A stretch of DNA of 64,000 nucleotides from an uncultured Alphaproteobacteria bacterium (GTDB taxonomy: Bacteria > Pseudomonadota > Alphaproteobacteria > Rs-D84), in contig CALXXV010000006.1 of NCBI GenBank assembly GCA_944392775.1, forward strand, positions 89,270-153,269, read 5' to 3'. The position numbers were made by a program, and so were the translations under genes. Positions within the stretch are counted from its first letter, which is position 1. Each line of letters starts with the position of its first letter. The notes below the pieces were generated by a model that searched no databases, was not told the DNA's origin, and worked only from the letters and a program-made list of their open reading frames with translations. Of this stretch, positions 57,614-64,000 are shown one piece after another.

Positions 57614-58195
57614 ATGATTGGCAAATTGCAAGGAGTTGTTGATTATACCGGGGACGGTTTTGTTATTTTAATGACCGGCGGTGTTGGCTATAAAGTTTTT
57701 ACTCCAGAATACTTAACCCCAAAATCGACCGTATCTTTATGGATAGAAACGGTCGTTCGCGAAGATTCTATACGACTTTTCGGTTTTTCAACACTTTCCA
57801 GTCAGAGTCTTTTTAATCAATTAACTGGCGTATCTGGGGTTGGTCCAAAGGTAGCATTAGCAATAATGGGAACAATAAAAACGGATACGCTAATGTCTGC
57901 AATTGCAACTGGTGACGCAAAAACAATAGCAACAGCACCTGGGGTTGGCAAAAAAATGGCCGAAAAAATAATACTAGAGCTAAAGAACAAAATTGGGGGT
58001 ACATCATTTGATTTCTGTTCCACAGAAAGCGTCACAGGAAGCGCCCTACCAGACTTATTATCTGCACTTGAATCTTTAGGTTACAGAAGATTAGATATAA
58101 TAGATATGGCACAGAAATTAGTATCAGAAAATCCAGATTCAGACGTAACAAAACTAGTACCAATGGCATTAAAAGAAATAAGCGGTAATAAATAA
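57614..58195 (+). CDS. ruvA: Holliday junction branch migration protein RuvA
   Basis: MIGKLQGVV...GVGYKVF... GVSGVGPKVALAI (HhH). Confidence 0.85.
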   Translation: MIGKLQGVVDYTGDGFVILMTGGVGYKVFTPEYLTPKSTVSLWIETVVREDSIRLFGFSTLSSQSLFNQLTGVSGVGPKVALAIMGTIKTDTLMSAIATGDAKTIATAPGVGKKMAEKIILELKNKIGGTSFDFCSTESVTGSALPDLLSALESLGYRRLDIIDMAQKLVSENPDSDVTKLVPMALKEISGNK

Positions 58196-58196
58196 C

Positions 58197-59507
58197 ATGA
58201 ATAACGAAACTATTTTTGCATTATCTAGTGGGCATGGAAAATCAGGTGTTGCAGTAATTAGAATTAGTGGCAACAACCTTAAATACACGTTTTCAAAGTT
58301 TATAAATAAAAAAATTTTCACGCCACGTCACGCATACTTTACAAACCTAAAAGACGATGACAATTACTTAATAGATCAAGTTATATGCATTTATTTCGAA
58401 GCTCCTCAATCTTTTACGGGTGAAGACATAATAGAAATACACAGTCATGGGGCACCAGCTGTAATAGAAAAAATTTTTGACCATTTACAAAAGTCAAACA
58501 TGCGCATGGCAACACCCGGCGAATTTTCTAAACGCGCATTTTATAACAATAAAATGGATTTGGCAGACATTGACGGCCTTGCTGCCCTGCTAGACGCACA
58601 AACAGACAAGCAAAGACAAAGCGCATTAAAATCTATGATCGGTGCAGATAGCAAACAATACGACACATGGCGTAATCAGATGATAGAAATTTCTGCATAT
58701 GCAGCAGCAATTTTAGACTATTCAGAAGACGAACTTCCACAAAACATAAACAAAATAATAAAAGAAAAAACAACAAAATTATATAAAGAAATAAACAACA
58801 CAATTTCGCGCTATACGGCGGTACGCGCTATCCGCAACGGTTTTAATATTACTCTTGCAGGTGCAGTAAACGTTGGTAAATCATCTTTATTTAACACGAT
58901 GGTCGGTGCATCACGTGCAATTGTTTCTGATATTCCCGGTACGACACGTGACGTTGTATCAGCACAACTTGATATAGATGGATATTTAGTAAATTTATCT
59001 GATACTGCAGGTATTCGCGACGCAACAGATACGATTGAAAAATTAGGCATTGAAAGAACTATATCAGAAATAGAAAATGCTGACTTAATACTACATGTAT
59101 TTGATGCAACTGATAAAAAGAACACACCATATATCCAAAAAGAGAATGAGATAATAATATACAATAAATCAGACCTACTTAAAACTCTGAAAGGGAATGG
59201 AAAAACATTCTATATATCTACCAAAACCGGTGAAGGTATAAGTGATTTAATGTCTGAAATAAAAGCACAAATACACAAATTTACAAACAATGCAGAATCA
59301 ACAGTTGCGGTAAACGCACGAACAAAAAAACTTTTGGCAGACTGTGCGAAAGAATTAAATAACGCCTTAAACACCCCAAATGAAAATTATGATATTTTTT
59401 CTGAACACGTCAGAAACGCTGCAGATAATATTGGGAAAATATTAGGGACGATAACAGCTGCCGAAGTTATGGATGCAACATTTTCACAATTATGCTTAGG
59501 TAAATAA
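58197..59507 (+). CDS. mnmE: tRNA modification GTPase MnmE (TrmE)
   Basis: N-terminal THF-binding domain, G domain GAVNVGKSSL, and C-terminal ...CLGK. Confidence 0.9.
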   Translation: MNNETIFALSSGHGKSGVAVIRISGNNLKYTFSKFINKKIFTPRHAYFTNLKDDDNYLIDQVICIYFEAPQSFTGEDIIEIHSHGAPAVIEKIFDHLQKSNMRMATPGEFSKRAFYNNKMDLADIDGLAALLDAQTDKQRQSALKSMIGADSKQYDTWRNQMIEISAYAAAILDYSEDELPQNINKIIKEKTTKLYKEINNTISRYTAVRAIRNGFNITLAGAVNVGKSSLFNTMVGASRAIVSDIPGTTRDVVSAQLDIDGYLVNLSDTAGIRDATDTIEKLGIERTISEIENADLILHVFDATDKKNTPYIQKENEIIIYNKSDLLKTLKGNGKTFYISTKTGEGISDLMSEIKAQIHKFTNNAESTVAVNARTKKLLADCAKELNNALNTPNENYDIFSEHVRNAADNIGKILGTITAAEVMDATFSQLCLGK

Positions 59508-59511
59508 AAAA

Positions 59512-59534
59512 GCCCCAAATGGGGCTTTTTTTAC
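59512..59534. terminator. bidirectional rho-independent terminator (mnmE / fadD-like)
   Basis: AAAAAGCCCCAAATGGGGCTTTTTTTAC. Confidence 0.7.
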
Positions 59535-61111
59535 TCTTTTCTTATTGGATATTTACCATCAATTAAGTTCTGACGAACTACGTGATGTTTTACCTTCTGC
59601 GTACTTGTCAGAGGCAAATCATCTGTTGTCATAGCAAAATGTGTTACCCATTTATAAGAAGCGACTTTCTTATTTGCTTGTGCAATTGCCGCCGCCAACT
59701 TTTCAAGCGTCATTGTTGGTTCTACACTAAATACCCCATATGTAACGGTTTTATTTTTTACCTTATGTTCGAATACTGCTACGTTTTTAACGCCAGGTAT
59801 TGTTATAAACAACCCCTCCAATTCATCTGGATAAACATTTTTCCCAGAATCTAAAACAATTACTTGTTTTTTACGTCCTGCAAAATGTAACTCACCATTT
59901 TTATCCATAGAAACCATGTCACCTGTATTAAAGAAGCCTCGCTCATCAAAAACTTCCTTATTCACATCTGGATTATCTAAATAGCCACCAAAAACTTGAT
60001 GACCGCGCAACCACAGAACACCTATACCATCTTCATTCTTATCACGAATTTCACATTCATTATTTGTTGTTGGTCCTCCAAATGCAAATGGGAAACGTTT
60101 TTTAGTAGGTTTAGAAATACATATAGGTCCGACAGTTTCTGTCAAACCATACCCCTGTATAAAAGTTAAACCAAGACGTTCATAAAAGGTTTCTACTTCT
60201 GGTTTAGTTGCTGCACCACCGGCGATAAGTAATTTTGCTCTACCGCCAAAAACAGCTAAAACAGGTTCTTGAACTTTTTTTACCAAGCCCCCCAAACCGA
60301 TTTTCTTTAAAAGATTTCCATACTTTAAAACCATAGAGGCCAACCACCATTTATGTTGAGATTTAATATTATCTATAATTTTATTACGGAAAACCTCCCA
60401 TAATCTAGGTACAGCTGGGATAACATGTGGTCTATACGTTTTAAAATCGTCTAATATTTCCTTTGGATTAACCGTTGGCTGCAACAATACCCCTGCCCCG
60501 TAATGAAGTGTTGCTAATAATTCAGTTGCAAAACCAAATATATGATACATAGGCAAGAAACCGTACATTATAAAACCTGGTTGAATCCACTCATGCATAT
60601 CTTCCAAAGAATTAGAACATTCAATTAAATTAAAATGCGTCAAAGGGACAACTTTTGGTGTACCAGTAGAACCTGATGTAAAAGACAATGTTGCAACATC
60701 TAATGATTCTGTCGGTACAGGTTTTAAATTAGAGTTTATTTTTCCATCTTTTTTAGTTATGTCATAAAATTTAAACTTATCTGTCTTGTAAAAGAAAGAT
60801 TTTTCTGCGCACACAACATTACAATTAGTAATTGAAGTCATATTATCATATTCAAACGGTGTAAGATTTGTATCCAGTAACAAAGCTTTTGCCCCCAAAT
60901 ACCATATTGCAAAAAGAGTTATGGGAAATTCCGGAATATTATGTGCCAAAACCCCAACCACATCGCCTTGCTTTATTCCCAAGGCATCTAGCGAAGTTGC
61001 ACGAGCCTTTACTAATTCAACAAACTCTGAAAACGTGACATTTTCGCGTACCAAAAATAAATTATCTGGCCAAGTATTTGCAGCACGTTCCAGTAATTGA
61101 TACATATTCAT
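59531..61111 (-). CDS. AMP-dependent acyl-CoA synthetase (long-chain-fatty-acid--CoA ligase-like)
   Basis: AMP-binding motif TSGSTGTPKVV and the downstream adenylation core. Confidence 0.75.
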   Translation of the reverse strand: MNMYQLLERAANTWPDNLFLVRENVTFSEFVELVKARATSLDALGIKQGDVVGVLAHNIPEFPITLFAIWYLGAKALLLDTNLTPFEYDNMTSITNCNVVCAEKSFFYKTDKFKFYDITKKDGKINSNLKPVPTESLDVATLSFTSGSTGTPKVVPLTHFNLIECSNSLEDMHEWIQPGFIMYGFLPMYHIFGFATELLATLHYGAGVLLQPTVNPKEILDDFKTYRPHVIPAVPRLWEVFRNKIIDNIKSQHKWWLASMVLKYGNLLKKIGLGGLVKKVQEPVLAVFGGRAKLLIAGGAATKPEVETFYERLGLTFIQGYGLTETVGPICISKPTKKRFPFAFGGPTTNNECEIRDKNEDGIGVLWLRGHQVFGGYLDNPDVNKEVFDERGFFNTGDMVSMDKNGELHFAGRKKQVIVLDSGKNVYPDELEGLFITIPGVKNVAVFEHKVKNKTVTYGVFSVEPTMTLEKLAAAIAQANKKVASYKWVTHFAMTTDDLPLTSTQKVKHHVVRQNLIDGKYPIRKE

Positions 61112-61180
61112 AATAAAAAATCCTTGTTTTTTTTATATTGGACAGGAATTATTATATCCAGAAGGAGAAATATTGCAAAT

Positions 61181-61951
61181 ATGAAAATACTAACACTAAA
61201 TATAAATTCTATAAGGGCCCATGTAGAAAGTTTCATGGAAATTTTACGTAACGGGAAATACGATGTAATAATGGTTCAAGAATTAAAAGTTGAAAATGCC
61301 GGATTTCCACACAACTTATTTGATGAATATGGTTACAACGTAAAAGTTTTCGGTCAAAAAAGTTGGAATGGCGTGGCAACATTTTCGAAACCATCTATAG
61401 AAGATGTAACGCTTGGACTACCTAACTATTCTGATATAAATGCAAGGTTTATAGAATGCGTAATAGACGGTCACATACGCATAATAAATGTTTATATGCC
61501 AAACGGAGACAATATAGAATCTCCAAAATTTTCTTACAAACTAGAATGGATGCAATCGTTCACAAACTATATTTCTAAATACTTAAATTCTGAAGAACCC
61601 GTAATTATCGGGGGTGATTTTAACGTTGCATTAGAAGATCGCGATGTTTGGAACCCTAAAAATTATATAGGCATAGCAATCGCCGCCCCCCAAGCCCGAG
61701 AAATAATGAAACGATGGATATCTTCAGGCTGGACAGATGTATGGCGCAACTTTCACCCAGACAAAATTGATTACACATGGTACGGCTATCGCGGTGGCGA
61801 CACAGTCGGGAAAAAACAAGGGCTAAGATTAGACTACTTTTTAGCTAATCCCGCAGCCATGAAATTTATAAAAAATTGCGAGATTGAATTATCCCCTAGA
61901 CTTGCGGAAAAACCAACCGATCATTGCGGTTTAGTTCTAGATATATTTTAA
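61181..61951 (+). CDS. xth: exodeoxyribonuclease III
   Basis: MKILTLNINSIRAH... and an EEP-fold catalytic pattern. ATG at 61181 with a GAAGGAG SD. The listed ORF is over-extended. Confidence 0.85.
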   Translation: MKILTLNINSIRAHVESFMEILRNGKYDVIMVQELKVENAGFPHNLFDEYGYNVKVFGQKSWNGVATFSKPSIEDVTLGLPNYSDINARFIECVIDGHIRIINVYMPNGDNIESPKFSYKLEWMQSFTNYISKYLNSEEPVIIGGDFNVALEDRDVWNPKNYIGIAIAAPQAREIMKRWISSGWTDVWRNFHPDKIDYTWYGYRGGDTVGKKQGLRLDYFLANPAAMKFIKNCEIELSPRLAEKPTDHCGLVLDIF

Positions 61952-64000
61952 TCGTCACGCCTAGCAAAATCATCATAAATTTTATACTTTCTGTCGGTAT
62001 TTTCTCTATATTCGTACGGTGCCATACCGACAGAAAATATATTTATTAATTCTTTCGTTTTTTCAACTGCGGCAGAAATCATTTTCGCAGTAGTTTCTGT
62101 ATCATACTTTATAGTTTGTACATCATTATTTTTTAATTGTAAAAACATCATCACAGGAGTTTTTGATTTTTCTGTTGTACGAATCGGGAAACCATTTTGT
62201 TGTAATATATAAGCTTCTAACGGCAACTGTGGCATATTTCCTTTATATAGCTGTGTATCACTTGGGGCCGCACCGGTTTTTATATCAAGAACACCGCCAT
62301 CCCAAATTCTATCTGCACGGGCTTTAATATTCCTACCATTAATATTTACCCCTCCTAAAATTTCAGGAACCGACAATTTTATATCAGATAACTCTTTTGC
62401 AACAATCGGAGCAATCTCTAAAAATCTTTTATGCCAAAAATGGAATAAAACACTATCAGTTCCTAATAGCTCCATTGCTTTTTTATCCATATCTTTAACA
62501 AGATTTTCTGACAAAAAAACTTTGGAATTTTCTATAACGTCATGAACTAAATTCCCAAACTGTCGCGCATCTGGCGCAACCCAATAATCATCTTTTGGAT
62601 ACAATCTTAAAATATGCCTTACATAAAAAGCATACGGATTATGAATAAGTAATTCTAATTCCGTAACATATACGTCAGACCAATCTGCCGGCGGAACAGG
62701 ATCAGAATAATCTAATGGCATATAACTTAAATTATCTTTCTCTCTAACAGTTTTCAAAAGATCTTGTCCGACAGTTAGATCAACCCTGGCAAATCTAGCA
62801 TATACACGCGATAAAAATCTTGACTCAATGGTCTGAACGCCACCTGAAATACGGCTACGCAACCAATAAACTTCTTTACCACAAGATAAATTCATAAAAT
62901 CTAATGCTTGCAAAGAAACTTTTCTGTCCGGAGGAGGCAAACCTATTTCTTTTGCAAGCCTTATAGGCAACCAATTATTCTCATAACCACGCGCAGGGAA
63001 CATACCTTCATTTAAACCAGTTAAAACAACAACATCTGCCGTTTGCATTCTGGATTCTATTGTACCCAGAACGACTACTTTTGCACAATCATCCATAACG
63101 CCACGAACAGTAACGTTTGCTATAACATCTGCCAACAGAGCTTTTGCATCAAATAAATTCAAATGCAAATCAATATTATTTAAACAATCGGACAAATCTT
63201 TTATCGCACTCCATATTTGCATAGCAACAACGTCTGAAAAATCAAAAATTGGTTCAAAATCTTTTCCGAAAATATCAACTATTTTTACAATCGTTTTAAA
63301 CAAATCGTAATTCGAAGAAGTATAATATTTATCGAACATATAAGTATTGCCCTGCTCTATCCACGAATCAAAAAAATTCAACACAGCTCTTCCTGCTGCC
63401 GTCATTGTACCTGAAATACCGCTGGAAAAATCTGCTGTTATTTTCCTTGCCTTTAAAGCAGCAGATATACGCTGGTTTGCGGCAGCATCTGGTGTAATAA
63501 CCAAAACACTTTTTTGATTTTGGATCGCCCGTTGAGCTATTTCAGCGACCACTTCCGCTTCTTCAGCTTCTTTCATACATTCTACTAAATGACAATTAGA
63601 TAAACTTTCTTCGCCAGCTAAACAATCTGTATTATTACTAAAGACATAATTAAAAAAATTTATTGGACTGTTCCCAACATCTATTGGTTGTAAATCTTCA
63701 TAATTTATTTTTAAACGGTTTAAAAATTTATATTCAGAATTATAAGGATTTGAATCTATTAAAAAATCTTTTACAGAACCTGCAATTTTTCCAGACAATA
63801 TTATTCTGCCATTATCTTTTTTTGCAATTGCAACCATTAAATCTGCAGTTGCAGGAACACTGGCTGTTGATCCACACACAATTATAAGTTTATATTCATC
63901 TAAATGATTTATCCAATCTCTAATACCCTGATTTCTAACCTGAACCTCTGTTTGCATATCATTTAAATATTTATATTGCAATTCAGACAAGATATTTAAC
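61948..64000 (-). CDS. addB: double-strand break repair protein AddB (partial; N-terminus beyond window end)
   Basis: C-terminal RecB-family nuclease motifs (GNLVHDVIE, DRIWDGGVLDIKTGAAPSD, QLPLEAYIL). The frame stays open through position 64000, and the listed M is a TTG. Confidence 0.7.
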   Translation of the reverse strand, partial: LNILSELQYKYLNDMQTEVQVRNQGIRDWINHLDEYKLIIVCGSTASVPATADLMVAIAKKDNGRIILSGKIAGSVKDFLIDSNPYNSEYKFLNRLKINYEDLQPIDVGNSPINFFNYVFSNNTDCLAGEESLSNCHLVECMKEAEEAEVVAEIAQRAIQNQKSVLVITPDAAANQRISAALKARKITADFSSGISGTMTAAGRAVLNFFDSWIEQGNTYMFDKYYTSSNYDLFKTIVKIVDIFGKDFEPIFDFSDVVAMQIWSAIKDLSDCLNNIDLHLNLFDAKALLADVIANVTVRGVMDDCAKVVVLGTIESRMQTADVVVLTGLNEGMFPARGYENNWLPIRLAKEIGLPPPDRKVSLQALDFMNLSCGKEVYWLRSRISGGVQTIESRFLSRVYARFARVDLTVGQDLLKTVREKDNLSYMPLDYSDPVPPADWSDVYVTELELLIHNPYAFYVRHILRLYPKDDYWVAPDARQFGNLVHDVIENSKVFLSENLVKDMDKKAMELLGTDSVLFHFWHKRFLEIAPIVAKELSDIKLSVPEILGGVNINGRNIKARADRIWDGGVLDIKTGAAPSDTQLYKGNMPQLPLEAYILQQNGFPIRTTEKSKTPVMMFLQLKNNDVQTIKYDTETTAKMISAAVEKTKELINIFSVGMAPYEYRENTDRKYKIYDDFARRDD

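Noticed and set aside
1-64000. Search for tRNA/rRNA genes, CRISPR arrays, IS elements or transposases
   Set aside because: No intergenic region is long enough or GC-rich enough to hold a tRNA. No direct-repeat/spacer arrays were seen. No transposase or integrase other than the housekeeping xerD was found.
61948-64000. Possibility that the large minus-strand gene is addA rather than addB
   Set aside because: There are no UvrD helicase motifs in the 680 aa visible, and the C-terminal RecB-nuclease motifs fit alphaproteobacterial AddB. The absence of an adjacent addA downstream is noted, but it does not change the call.

Overview
This is an AT-rich (roughly one-third GC by eye), gene-dense chromosomal segment. 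The gene content looks alphaproteobacterial and probably Rhizobiales-like (MucR/Ros, AddB, DUF721/DciA, RecA and porin signatures). I could not confirm the organism from the sequence alone.

Most of the window is housekeeping:
- tatB-tatC, lolA, nrnA, recJ, ftsL-ftsI, sufS-sufT-sufE, trxA, a dksA-like gene, tatA
- thrS, gltX, trmB, ybeY-lnt, rarA, fabD, ftsK, secDF-yajC, mutL, greA, an lptF/G-family gene, xerD, trxB, serS, typA
- recA, secB, mltA, ruvC, yebC, ruvA, mnmE, a fadD-like gene, xth, and a partial addB

I found no tRNA or rRNA genes, no CRISPR array and no IS element or transposase.

Small accessory-looking insertions sit inside this backbone:
1. A four-gene operon of unknowns at about 16.4-18.5 kb: a membrane protein, an unknown, a SUKH/SMI1-like protein and an RHH protein.
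2. A membrane-anchored GH24-lysozyme+TPR gene wedged between mucR and ybeY. ybeY itself runs in frame into lnt with no stop codon.
3. Two tandem paralogous hypothetical genes between serS and typA.
4. A five-gene glycosyltransferase island between typA and recA, including a tandem GT2 duplication.
5. A translationally coupled pair of secreted proteins, one Cys-rich, inserted between yebC and ruvC.

I judge (1) and (5) the best candidates for an undescribed system.

Several conserved proteins show degenerate active or metal sites: DksA lacks all four Zn-finger Cys, MucR has a non-canonical Zn site, and an S41 CtpA homolog lacks its Ser/Lys dyad.

Seven convergent or terminal gene junctions carry clean palindromic, often bidirectional, rho-independent terminators.

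The ORF track uses TTG/GTG as M, so several listed N-termini are over-extended. I give refined ATG starts where codon arithmetic and the sequence agree. Coordinates I read by hand (terminators, the two small ORFs) may be off by +/-1-2 nt.
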